A stretch of DNA of 32,000 nucleotides, taken from the NCBI GenBank assembly GCA_942493095.1, contig OW818675.1:1770001-1802000 (forward strand), read 5' to 3'. The translations under genes and the position numbers were made by a program. The notes beneath the pieces were generated by a model, which was not told the DNA's origin, searched no databases, and saw only the letters and a program-made list of their open reading frames with translations. This DNA comes from Candidatus Electronema halotolerans (GTDB lineage Bacteria > Desulfobacterota > Desulfobulbia > Desulfobulbales > Desulfobulbaceae). Positions 9,599 to 18,177 of this stretch are shown in pieces (position 1 is the first letter of the stretch; each line of letters begins with the position of its first letter).

Positions 9599-9779
9599 GA
9601 ATTCAAGTTCCAAGTGCAACTTTTTTTGGTTGCAAGAAAAGGCAGTTGCAGGAGCACTATACTTTTATGCTCTTACTAACTGCAAGAAAATAATATAAAA
9701 ATTTACATAAGGATGTAAAACGCCATACAATTTATGCTTTTTGGATAACCAAAAAAAGTTGCACTTGCGAGTTGAATCC
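9599..9779. repeat. Short element bounded by imperfect terminal inverted repeats (21 bp perfect core)
   Basis: 9611-9631 caagtgcaactttttttggtt is the exact reverse complement of 9747-9767 aaccaaaaaaagttgcacttg. The similarity extends outward imperfectly (gaattcaagttc versus gagttgaatcc). Confidence 0.65.
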
Positions 9780-9817
9780 GCATTTCTTGTCAAGCAACGA
9801 GCCGCCTTGTCGGCCTG

Positions 9818-9849
9818 AAAAAAAGAAAGGCGGACCATATCGGTCCGCC
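9818..9849 (-). terminator. Rho-independent terminator for the hdr operon (minus strand)
   Basis: On the minus strand, GGCGGACC-GATAT-GGTCCGCC is followed by TTTCTTTTTTT. It lies just past the hdrB stop. Confidence 0.75.
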
Positions 9850-9877
9850 CAAATTGGATATTAGCTGTGCAGCTGTC

Positions 9878-10762
9878 TCAGAAATGCCGCAGGATGCTGT
9901 CGCGGGGAATTTTGGAGATGGCCGCGACTTTGTGCCCTTCAAAGCCCATGCACAGAGCCAGAAGCTGATTGTAATCAAAGACCGGAATCTTATAGATATC
10001 CTTGCCCGCCTTCTTGTTCAGCTTCTCCTGAATGTTGTCCATGTACATCAGACAGGTGATGCAGGAGACCACAATGAATTCGGCCTTGGTTTCGTTGAGA
10101 ATCGCATCCAGCTTGCTCTGGGTGAAGGCATCCGCCTCTGCCGGAGAAGTCTTGGCAAAGCCGCCCGCCCCGCCGCAGCACTGATACTCCATGCTGAAGG
10201 CATCCACGGTCGCGCCCAAGGCCTCGGTCAGGCGGCGCAGGGCTACTGGTCTCCGGGGCGACTCCTCAAAACCGACCACCTCACTGGGAAAAAGGGTGTG
10301 ACAGGGATACTGAACAATCCCGTGCATCCCGGTCAGCTTCTTCTTGATCTTGGCCGCGATTTTCTCTGGCCCGACCTCATTGTACAAAACATCAATAATA
10401 TGCCTGACCTTGGTCGTGCAGTTCACCTGCCGCCCGCTCGGTTCAAGCAGCTCGTTCACTCTGGCCCGCAAGGCCTTGTCCTCATGCAGATGCTCCAACC
10501 CCATCTGCAGGGAGCTGTAGCAGGAGCCGCACTGGACCATGATGTCATGGCCCTGCTCTTCAGCCAAGGAGATGTTCCAGCCGCTGGCGGCAAAATGGGA
10601 TTCATTGTCCGTGGAAGGAAAGGCACCAAAGGCCGGGCAGCAGACATAGCCGGGCAGATCGTGAAGCGGCACGCCCAGCGCAGGCATGGTCAGCCGGATT
10701 GCGCTTTCCACGTCCGGGCGGATGGCCGGCATGTTGCAGCCGGGAAAAAAGCAGAATTCCAT
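9878..10762 (-). CDS. hdrB: Heterodisulfide reductase subunit B-like protein (CCG domains)
   Basis: CNMPAIRPDVE, GYVCCPAFGAF, CGSCYSSLQMGLEHL, YPCHTLF, YQCCGGAGGFAK and VVSCITCLMYMD match the CCG-domain pattern. Confidence 0.85.
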   Translation of the reverse strand: MEFCFFPGCNMPAIRPDVESAIRLTMPALGVPLHDLPGYVCCPAFGAFPSTDNESHFAASGWNISLAEEQGHDIMVQCGSCYSSLQMGLEHLHEDKALRARVNELLEPSGRQVNCTTKVRHIIDVLYNEVGPEKIAAKIKKKLTGMHGIVQYPCHTLFPSEVVGFEESPRRPVALRRLTEALGATVDAFSMEYQCCGGAGGFAKTSPAEADAFTQSKLDAILNETKAEFIVVSCITCLMYMDNIQEKLNKKAGKDIYKIPVFDYNQLLALCMGFEGHKVAAISKIPRDSILRHF

Positions 10763-11274
10763 TACTCATCCCCCATAAACATATAGTCGTTCTCGCTGAT
10801 GACCGGCGTTTTCATGAGCATCTCTCGGAACTGCCTCAGCATCTCCGGCCTGCTGGTGATGGTCGGCAGCTCGTGCAGGCCCAGCGATTCCCGCACTTCA
10901 GTGTTCACGCCCACCGGCTGGGAGTAGCCGCGATTGTAGATGTCAACCACGGCAGTGGGAATATAGGTCGGGTCGCTGGCTGACTGCCATTTGCGGATGG
11001 CAAGGATCAGCTCAAAGGGTTTGACATCCATCGGGCACATCTCCTCGCAGCGGGTGCAGGAGACGCAGGACCACGGCGTGGGATCGTCGAGCAGCTCCTC
11101 CTCCAAGCCCAGAATCACCATTCGGGCCAAATTCCTGACTAACAGGGGCGGATTGCCGTGCGAGGCTGGACAGCCGGTGATGCAGGTGCTGCAATTGAAG
11201 CAATGATGCAGGTCTTCATTGGGATATATTTCCTGCCACAAATCCTTTCGGGCAGCACTGAAATCTATTTCCAC
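10762..11274 (-). CDS. hdrC: Heterodisulfide reductase subunit C-like 4Fe-4S protein
   Basis: Two Fe-S motifs, CFNCSTCITGCP and CVSCTRCEEMCPMDV. The probable start is GTG 11274 with aggagg upstream; the ORF-track ATG at 11331 overlaps hdrA. Confidence 0.85.
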   Translation of the reverse strand: MEIDFSAARKDLWQEIYPNEDLHHCFNCSTCITGCPASHGNPPLLVRNLARMVILGLEEELLDDPTPWSCVSCTRCEEMCPMDVKPFELILAIRKWQSASDPTYIPTAVVDIYNRGYSQPVGVNTEVRESLGLHELPTITSRPEMLRQFREMLMKTPVISENDYMFMGDE

Positions 11275-11287
11275 GACAGGTCGCCTC

Positions 11288-14200
11288 CTATGCGGTTGTC
11301 GGTATCCGGCAGTCCATGAACTGCGCGTCAATCATGGCCAGCATCTGCTTGTCATTCCAGCCCCGCACTTCTGCTGCCCCGTTCCGGCAGGTGGCGGCGC
11401 AGAGACCGCAGGCTTGGCAGGCTGCGCCATTGACCACGATCCGGTTGCTGTCCGCATCAAAAGAACGGGCATTGTATGGACAGACAGGAATGCACTGCTG
11501 ACAGCGGATGCAGAGGGAATCATGGACAGTCGAAACCTCGCGGGCCAAGGGAATTTCCTTGCCTGAGAGAAAGACTGAGGCCTTCTGGGCTGCCGCCTCC
11601 GCCTGCATGATGGCTTCGCGCAGGGTCATGGGCGCATTGGCCACGCCGACCGCATAGCAGCCTGATTTATGGAATTCAACTGGCCGCCATTTGGAATCAG
11701 CCTCGGCAAAAAAGCCGTCCTGATTGAGCGGCACGCCAAAGGTCTCGGCGAGCTTGTCGTTGCCCTCGTCCTTCTCAATACCGGTGGCCAAAATCAGCCA
11801 GTCCGCTGTAATTTCCAGCTCCGCATCCAAAATCGGATCCCGGAAGCTGACCACTGGCCTGCGGTTTTTCAGCTCCACCTGCGGCTTGTTGTCCAAGCTG
11901 TAGCTGACAAAGATCACCCCTTTGCGCCGGGCCTCAGTGTAGTAGCGTTCATACGGCCCATAGCTCATCATGTCGCGGTACAAGACAAAGACGCGGACTT
12001 CCGGCTTCTTCTCCTTGATCAGCAGGGCATTGTGGAGCGCGCCCATGCAGCAGATCCGGCTGCAATACTCCCGCGCCTCCTTGTCTCTGGAGTCAACGCA
12101 CTGGATCATGACCACCTCTTTCATCTTGCTGAGGTCGATATCATCGGCCCGGAGAGCCTTGCCGAATTCGGTCTGGGTCATGACTCTGTCCGACTCGTCA
12201 TAATGATAGGCCGTGGTCGGACTTTTCTGATTGCCGGTGGCCAAGATCGCGGCCCCGTGTTCCAGTGAAAGGATGCGACCGTCCTGCTCTCTGATCTGAG
12301 TCCGGTACTGCCCAGCCTGACCGCCGGAACTGAGGATTTCGCTGCCAAGATGAACCGTGATCCGGCCAGTGTCGGCAATTCGGTGGGCAAGGTCTTGGGC
12401 AATGCTGATCGGCTTGAGGCCGTCAAGCGTGGCACTGACCTGATTGCCTGCATAGCCGCCCAGCTTCTCAGCACGATCAATGAGATGCACAGCTGCCCCG
12501 CGTTCTGCCAAGGACAGGGCGGAATACATGCCGACGATGCCGCCGCCGACCACCAGCGCAGTCTGATTGGCCGGAAGGCTGTCAAACTGCAAGGCAGGAG
12601 TGAAGCGCAGCCGGTCAATATGAGCACGGGTTTCCTGAATCAGACGGGCAGTGAAGCTGTCTGGGCTGTCCTTTCTGCCCAAGGCCGCGCTGATGTCAAA
12701 GACCTTGACCAAGGAGGGATGAAAACCAGCCTGCTCGGCAATCTTCTGCAATTTCGTCTGGTAAAGGAAGGGCTTGGCCGCGCCGATCAAAAGGCGATTG
12801 CCTTCGGCCCGATTGACCAACTCGGCAAAGGCGGCCAGTCCCGCTTCGCTGTGGAGGCTTGCCAAGACATGCACCTTGGTCACGCTGTGATGAGCGGTCA
12901 GGGCTTTGGTCAGCAGGGCGGCATCCAACTGCTCGCCTTCCTTGTCCGTGAAGCCCTTGCTGAAAACAATCTCCAGCTTGGCTGCTTCGGTGTCCGCATT
13001 AGTGCTTTTGTTCGACAGCTCGGCCTCGTCATTCACTTTCAGCACGTCCAAGGATGCCAGCAGCTTGCTTGCCTCACCGGCTGCCGCAATGCCGCTGCTC
13101 ACAGCCTCGCTGATCTCGGTCAGGCCCATGAAGGAGCCGCATAAGAACACGCCCGGCTTGCGCAGCCGCACCTTGCTCAGTTCGTCGGTGGGCAGGAGCT
13201 TCTGCTCGTTGACTTCCAGATTCAGGATTTCCGCAAACCGCTGCTGCTCGGCAAAAGGTGCCTGGCCAGTTGAAAGCACAGTCAGGTCAAAGGTCTCGAC
13301 CTTGAACTCGTTGCTGTCCGGGTCAAAATAGCGGATTTGCAGGCTGCCGTCAGGATCAGCATAAACCTGCTGGACCCGGCAGCGGATCAGGCGCACGCCC
13401 TTGGCCACCGCCTTTTCAAAGTAGCGGTAATGATCCTTGCCAAAGGTGCGCATGTCCATGTAAAAAATGGTGGTCTCGGTGTCCGGGCCGCCTTTTTCCT
13501 TGGCCAGCACTGCCTCTTTGAGGGCGAACATGCAGCAGATCGATGAGCAATAATCCCGGCCCAACCGGCGGTTGCGGGAACCCATGCACTGAATCCAGGC
13601 AATCCGCTTGGCCGCCTTGCCATCCGAAGGCCGGTGAATCACGCCGTCATAGGTGCCGGAGGGACTGATCAGCCGTTCAAAGGCCAAGGCTGTGACCACA
13701 TCCGGGGACACGGCGTAGGACTTGGCATCTTCAACGTTTTCGTCCCAGAGCTTGGCTCCGGCAGCAAGAATGATCGCATGAACCTGCCGTGTCTCGCTCT
13801 GCTCTTCTTGAGTGAAATCAATAGCCCCATTCGGGCAGACTTCAAGACAGGGCTGCTCAGTGCAGCCGCTGCACGCATCCCGGTCAATCCGCAGCATGTT
13901 GGGGAGGTTGTGCGGCACCATCTGATAGACCGCCTTGCGCTTGGTCAGCTCATGGTTGAAGCCGTCCTCGACCTCCATCGGGCAGACCTTGATGCACTCG
14001 CCCATGCCGTTGCATTTGGCCGGATCAATGTAGGCCGGTTTCTTGCGCAGCTCGACGCTGAACTTGCCTGCATCGCCACTGACTGCTGTCACTTCGGTGA
14101 AGGGCAGGATTTCGATGTTGTCGTGATACAGACTCTTGCGCATGCAGAACTGCGAAGCATACTCCCGGCCAACAATCGGCAGCATCCGGCAGATGCCGCA

Positions 14201-14371
14201 GTGGTCTGTGGGAAACTGATGATCCAGCTTGGCGAGAATGCCGCCGATATGCGGCGAGGCATCTGCCAGCAGAACCTTGTAGCCGGTCTCAGCCAGCTCT
14301 AAGGCCGCCTTGATGCCGGAGATGCCGGCTCCAACCACCAGCACCCGGCCAATTTCTTTCTTTTCCGTCAT
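11288..14371 (-). CDS. hdrA: Double-length HdrA-like FAD/4Fe-4S protein (two HdrA-type FAD modules in one 1027-aa chain)
   Basis: First module: RVLVVGAGISGIKAALELAETGYKV, HCGICRMLP, CNGMGECIKVCP, CSGCTEQPCLEVCP. Second module: ALVVGGGIVGMYSALSLAERGAAV, MIQCVDSRD...YCSRICCMGAL, CIRCQQCIPVCP, CQACGLCAATC. Confidence 0.85.
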   Translation of the reverse strand: MTEKKEIGRVLVVGAGISGIKAALELAETGYKVLLADASPHIGGILAKLDHQFPTDHCGICRMLPIVGREYASQFCMRKSLYHDNIEILPFTEVTAVSGDAGKFSVELRKKPAYIDPAKCNGMGECIKVCPMEVEDGFNHELTKRKAVYQMVPHNLPNMLRIDRDACSGCTEQPCLEVCPNGAIDFTQEEQSETRQVHAIILAAGAKLWDENVEDAKSYAVSPDVVTALAFERLISPSGTYDGVIHRPSDGKAAKRIAWIQCMGSRNRRLGRDYCSSICCMFALKEAVLAKEKGGPDTETTIFYMDMRTFGKDHYRYFEKAVAKGVRLIRCRVQQVYADPDGSLQIRYFDPDSNEFKVETFDLTVLSTGQAPFAEQQRFAEILNLEVNEQKLLPTDELSKVRLRKPGVFLCGSFMGLTEISEAVSSGIAAAGEASKLLASLDVLKVNDEAELSNKSTNADTEAAKLEIVFSKGFTDKEGEQLDAALLTKALTAHHSVTKVHVLASLHSEAGLAAFAELVNRAEGNRLLIGAAKPFLYQTKLQKIAEQAGFHPSLVKVFDISAALGRKDSPDSFTARLIQETRAHIDRLRFTPALQFDSLPANQTALVVGGGIVGMYSALSLAERGAAVHLIDRAEKLGGYAGNQVSATLDGLKPISIAQDLAHRIADTGRITVHLGSEILSSGGQAGQYRTQIREQDGRILSLEHGAAILATGNQKSPTTAYHYDESDRVMTQTEFGKALRADDIDLSKMKEVVMIQCVDSRDKEAREYCSRICCMGALHNALLIKEKKPEVRVFVLYRDMMSYGPYERYYTEARRKGVIFVSYSLDNKPQVELKNRRPVVSFRDPILDAELEITADWLILATGIEKDEGNDKLAETFGVPLNQDGFFAEADSKWRPVEFHKSGCYAVGVANAPMTLREAIMQAEAAAQKASVFLSGKEIPLAREVSTVHDSLCIRCQQCIPVCPYNARSFDADSNRIVVNGAACQACGLCAATCRNGAAEVRGWNDKQMLAMIDAQFMDCRIPTTA

Positions 14372-14382
14372 GCCTTGCGCTC

Positions 14383-15513
14383 CTATTTCATCTGGCCGGT
14401 CACTTCAACCAGCTCGTCATGATGGAAAACCGTGAGCGGCTGGGCCTCGTCCACAGAGCGGCCCGCTTCATAGCCGAAACGCTCCTGCGAAACCTTGGCT
14501 GCCGCCTTAAAGGCCATAGTCAGGTTGATATCATTGGGGCAAGCACTGGTGCATTGGCCGCAGCCGACGCAGAAGTTGCCAATGTGGGTCATCCGGGTGA
14601 GATGGTAAAAGACCGTGTCCGTGGGCATTTTCAGGCTGCCCTTCTGCTGCGCCCAGCCGACGAACTGCTCGCTGTCGTGGCGGAAGGTGTCGGTGACAAA
14701 AACGCATTCCTTGCAGTAGCAGACTGGACAGGCCACCCGGCAGTTGTAGCAGTTGATGCACTTGGCCATGTTTTCTTCCAAGGCCTGGAAGCTGTTGATC
14801 TTCTCCCGGTACTCGTTCATCTTCTGCTTGAAGGCCTCCTGCCGGGCGGCAGTCAGGCTCTTCACCGCCTCAGCCCGCTTGCCGGGTGCGGTGCTGCTGG
14901 ACAGGCCCATGTCGCTGAATGCTTTTTCACCTTTGCCAGTGGCCGCTTCCACGGCAAAGGTTCCGGCATCTGCGCCGATCAGGCAGAGACGGATGTCCGC
15001 ATTGGCTGCAGTCGGGTGCTCGCAGGTGGCGCAGGCTTCGATGATATCCTGGTCCTTAGTCGCAGTTGTCCCGCCTTGCGCGGCCTTGATAAAGGATTCC
15101 GCAGTCAGCCCCTGCTCGCGCAGGCTGTAGAAATCTTGATTCTCAAAGCGGCCAAAGCAGTCTATGCCAATGAGCAGGGTGTCGTCCAAATTGGCCTGCT
15201 TGAGCTTGACTAACTCGATCAGGGCGCGGATTTCGCAGGGACGCATCACCAAGGCAATTTTTTTGCCTGACGGCTTGGCGGTCAGCGACGAGGCGATCTT
15301 GGCTGAACTGACCGGCGCAATCGGAGCAAAGGGATCAACCGCTGCGGTCTGGGCCGGGTCAGTGATCAGCGTCTGCATGATGGTGCCGTTGGCTTGGCGG
15401 CAGGGTGCCAGCACCGCGTCAACGGTCTTTTTCTCCAGCAGGGCGGCAAAGACTTTGGCCAGCTCCTTGTTCAGCTCGTTTTCCTTGTACGATATGGTCG
15501 TGAAGTTGGACAT
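14383..15513 (-). CDS. FrhB/FdhB-like iron-sulfur protein (coenzyme F420 hydrogenase/dehydrogenase beta-subunit-like plus ferredoxin domain)
   Basis: VDAVLAPCRQANG, KKIALVMRPCEIRALIELVKLKQANLDDTLLIGIDCFG, CINCYNCRVACPVCYCKEC, CVGCGQCTSACP. Position inside the hdr operon. Confidence 0.7.
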   Translation of the reverse strand: MSNFTTISYKENELNKELAKVFAALLEKKTVDAVLAPCRQANGTIMQTLITDPAQTAAVDPFAPIAPVSSAKIASSLTAKPSGKKIALVMRPCEIRALIELVKLKQANLDDTLLIGIDCFGRFENQDFYSLREQGLTAESFIKAAQGGTTATKDQDIIEACATCEHPTAANADIRLCLIGADAGTFAVEAATGKGEKAFSDMGLSSSTAPGKRAEAVKSLTAARQEAFKQKMNEYREKINSFQALEENMAKCINCYNCRVACPVCYCKECVFVTDTFRHDSEQFVGWAQQKGSLKMPTDTVFYHLTRMTHIGNFCVGCGQCTSACPNDINLTMAFKAAAKVSQERFGYEAGRSVDEAQPLTVFHHDELVEVTGQMK

Positions 15514-15532
15514 GTGCGTTCTCTCTGTCGGT

Positions 15533-15961
15533 TCAGGCCGCTTCCTGCGCTGCCATCTTGATCGGGCTGGGGCCGAGGACTTTAATTTTATCCGTCATTT
15601 CTTGGGCGACCTTCTGAAGCATGATGCCGTCGCTGGCCGCAATCCAGCGCAGCCAGAAGCGGTCTTCGCCGATGCCGTATTGCTTGAGGATTTCGGTCAG
15701 ATGGGCAACCCTGCGTCTGGCCTTGAGATTGCCGTTGATGTAGTGGCAGTCGCCGGGCCAGCAGCCGCCGATCAGCACCCCGTCCGCGCCGTTGAGAAAG
15801 GCTTTGATCACGAATTTCGGGTCAACCATGCCGCTGCACATCACGCGGATGATTTTCACATTCGGCGGATAGGTCATCCGGGATGTGCCAGCCAAGTCGG
15901 CGGCAGTGAACGTGCACCAATTGCAGAAAAAGGCGACGATTTGCGGCTCAAAGTCAGTCAT
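15533..15961 (-). CDS. mvhD: MvhD-like hydrogenase/Hdr delta subunit
   Basis: PQIVAFFCNWCTFTAADLAGTSRMTYPPNVKIIRVMCSGMVDPKFVIKAFLNGADGVLIGGCWPGDCHYINGN. RBS-like ggagg upstream of ATG. Confidence 0.85.
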   Translation of the reverse strand: MTDFEPQIVAFFCNWCTFTAADLAGTSRMTYPPNVKIIRVMCSGMVDPKFVIKAFLNGADGVLIGGCWPGDCHYINGNLKARRRVAHLTEILKQYGIGEDRFWLRWIAASDGIMLQKVAQEMTDKIKVLGPSPIKMAAQEAA

Positions 15962-15983
15962 TGGGTGTCCTCCGGTTTAGATT

Positions 15984-15993
15984 GGGGGGGGGG
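15984..15993. repeat. Homopolymeric G10 tract (C10 in the orientation of mvhD)
   Basis: Direct reading of attggggggggggcggtc just upstream of mvhD. Confidence 0.85.
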
Positions 15994-16086
15994 CGGTCAA
16001 TATTTAATAAGAAAAACAATCTTTTTTAATTATGGAAATCTCGAAAAGTTAGTGTTTTTTGCAGTTGTTGCTTTGTAACTGCCTGA

Positions 16087-18156
16087 TTATTCGATCACGA
16101 TTTCGGCAAGATCGGTAGGTGTTTTTTCGAGTATCCCATTTTTCAAAAAATATTTCTCTTCCTTCCCGTCCTCTGGGTTAAAAGAAGTAAATTTTTTCAA
16201 TTCAACTTCTTTTAATATTTTTTCGTTTGCAATTTTTTTGCAACTACAGCTTTCAGATGATTTTTCATTATTACTATCATCTTCCATGAAGGAAAAATTA
16301 AACACAGCTTCTATGCAATACTTTTCGTTTCTAGATTCTTTCTCATGCTTAATTTCGTTTATTTTGAAAAAGAAATTTTCAATTTTTAAAAAATCATCTT
16401 CTTCGTTTATAAATTTTATTTCTTTATATTTTTTAATGCGTTTAGTTTCTTCTTGGTTTCTAGTTTCAATATTAACCCTCGATAGTATTCTGCTTAACTC
16501 AAAAGTTCCATACTTATGGAATCCAGACAGTAAAATTATATCACCTTTTATGTTTTCATCGACATATCTTCCACTGCATATTATAAGGAGAGCAGCATCT
16601 CTTATCACGTTTCCTTCTCCATTTTCTTCAGGATTTCCAACATGCTGCTCTTTTTTGTCATTAATGTAAAAAATACCTGTATTTTTTACATCACTATTAT
16701 CACTTTCTATATATTTCCAATATTTACTTCTCGATTTGTATTTATGCAATGTTCTAAACTCAAATCTTTCTTTATCAGGATAAAGTTTTCTCATAAGTTG
16801 TTCGGCCGCTGGATTTATGCAGCTTGATCCAATTATGATGTAATCATCATAATGATATTTTTTATCTACAGAAAAAATTCTTTCAAGTTTTTCTTCATCA
16901 AATTTCTGACATGTTAATTCTTCATCTCCATTTTTTATATAATCAATAAGTTCAAGCATATCTAATTTGTAATGAAAAGGAATTCTCTCCTCAATAAATA
17001 AAATTTGATAAATAATTCTATTAAAAGCTGTAAAATCTTGAATACTTGTCCTGCTTCTTGTCTTTTTTCCATCTTCTTCTGGAAGGAGACAATCTACAGC
17101 ACCAATTATAAATTTTGTTTTCAGAAGCTGAAAATTTTTCCAAAAATTAAATTTTTGTTTATTTGCATCATCAATTCTTGCAACTTCGATATTTTCTATT
17201 TCAAGTTTTACTTTTAAATTTAAATCTGCTATATCGTTATATTTTATAATTCTTGCTGCTATGACATCAAAAGGAAGCCCAGCGAAATCTTTATTAGTTA
17301 AATATAAACAAGTTAAATCTTTCTGCAATTCAACATAGTTATTAACACGAAGGCCATGTATAAATCCAAGCCAGTAAAAAACCTCTGTGTTATTTTTTTC
17401 TGAAATATCAATAATACAGTATCTTGCCCTGCTTATATTGTGTATAATATTGGTAAATTTTTCTGAAGACGCAACCATTGCATCTTCAATAATATCATGT
17501 ATATCTTTGCAACTTAATTCAATCAGGTCATCGCCTGGAAAATGTAAATCTTTTATCCCTTTTCTTACTCCAAACTTATAAATTTCAGAGTAAGTTATCT
17601 GCTTGCTTTCAGATTTTTTCTTTGGGAGAATGCATATTATTGAATAAGATTTAAATCTTTCTTTACCACTGACAGATGGAATGACAAATTTAGCAGATTC
17701 AAACGAAAATATACTCTTTAAATCTCTTATTTTCGAGTAAGACCTTATGTCGCTTCTGACCGAAAGAAATTTAAGCCTTTTTTCTACTTTCTCTTTTTTT
17801 GCTAAATTTGAATTATATATAATAATAGTTTTTTTACTAAGAGCATGGGCTATTCCAATCTCGTAATATACATTTGGATTTCTTTCTGTAAGATCAGCAA
17901 TAATTAATGATGACTTGCGTATTTCTTCACATATTTTACATATCACATATTCTCCTCCTAAAAAATGCGCTTCCGTTATATTTTTACATTTCTTTTTGAT
18001 AGAAGAAAAATATTCTTTTATTCCAAATTTATAATAATCAAAATAAGGATTTTTAAAAGGCATTGCAACAAAAACTTTATCTTCATCTTCCTTTATATCT
18101 TTACTGCATGACTTTCCTGTCATGAAACATACTATTTTTTCATTACCACTCATCAC
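16087..18156 (-). CDS. Large multi-domain protein: two tandem TIR/nucleoside-2-deoxyribosyltransferase-like domains plus a third Rossmann-like region; candidate immune/conflict protein
   Basis: Domain 1 (aa ~27-115): KVFVAMPFKN...KSSLIIADLTERNPNVYYEIGIAHALSKKTIIIY. Domain 2 (aa ~170-275): YSIICILPKK...ISRARYCIIDISEKNNTEVFYWLGFIHGL. Third region (aa ~437-562): YIIIGSSCINPAAEQLM...ALLIICSGRY...IILLSGFHKYGTFELSRIL. The first residue is GTG (18156) or ATG (18153), with aaaggag upstream. Confidence 0.75.
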   Translation of the reverse strand: MMSGNEKIVCFMTGKSCSKDIKEDEDKVFVAMPFKNPYFDYYKFGIKEYFSSIKKKCKNITEAHFLGGEYVICKICEEIRKSSLIIADLTERNPNVYYEIGIAHALSKKTIIIYNSNLAKKEKVEKRLKFLSVRSDIRSYSKIRDLKSIFSFESAKFVIPSVSGKERFKSYSIICILPKKKSESKQITYSEIYKFGVRKGIKDLHFPGDDLIELSCKDIHDIIEDAMVASSEKFTNIIHNISRARYCIIDISEKNNTEVFYWLGFIHGLRVNNYVELQKDLTCLYLTNKDFAGLPFDVIAARIIKYNDIADLNLKVKLEIENIEVARIDDANKQKFNFWKNFQLLKTKFIIGAVDCLLPEEDGKKTRSRTSIQDFTAFNRIIYQILFIEERIPFHYKLDMLELIDYIKNGDEELTCQKFDEEKLERIFSVDKKYHYDDYIIIGSSCINPAAEQLMRKLYPDKERFEFRTLHKYKSRSKYWKYIESDNSDVKNTGIFYINDKKEQHVGNPEENGEGNVIRDAALLIICSGRYVDENIKGDIILLSGFHKYGTFELSRILSRVNIETRNQEETKRIKKYKEIKFINEEDDFLKIENFFFKINEIKHEKESRNEKYCIEAVFNFSFMEDDSNNEKSSESCSCKKIANEKILKEVELKKFTSFNPEDGKEEKYFLKNGILEKTPTDLAEIVIE

Positions 18157-18177
18157 AGTCTCCTTTTTGCTGTAATT

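Noticed and set aside
9854-10786. 310-aa plus-strand ORF opposite hdrB
   Set aside because: It is the antisense shadow of a convincing CCG-domain gene. Similar shadows occur across hdrA and the FrhB-like gene (11669..12268, 12350..13144, 13634..14302, 14419..15213).
11275-11331. ATG start at 11331 for hdrC as given in the ORF track
   Set aside because: It would overlap the end of hdrA by more than 40 nt and add a non-conserved Arg/Pro-rich leader. GTG 11274 with an aggagg RBS is the better start.
16238-17581. Hydrophobic plus-strand ORFs opposite the large NDT-like protein (e.g. 16238..16669)
   Set aside because: They are Leu/Phe/Ser-rich artefacts from reading an AT-rich, Lys/Glu/Asn-rich gene antisense. 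They are not credible membrane proteins.
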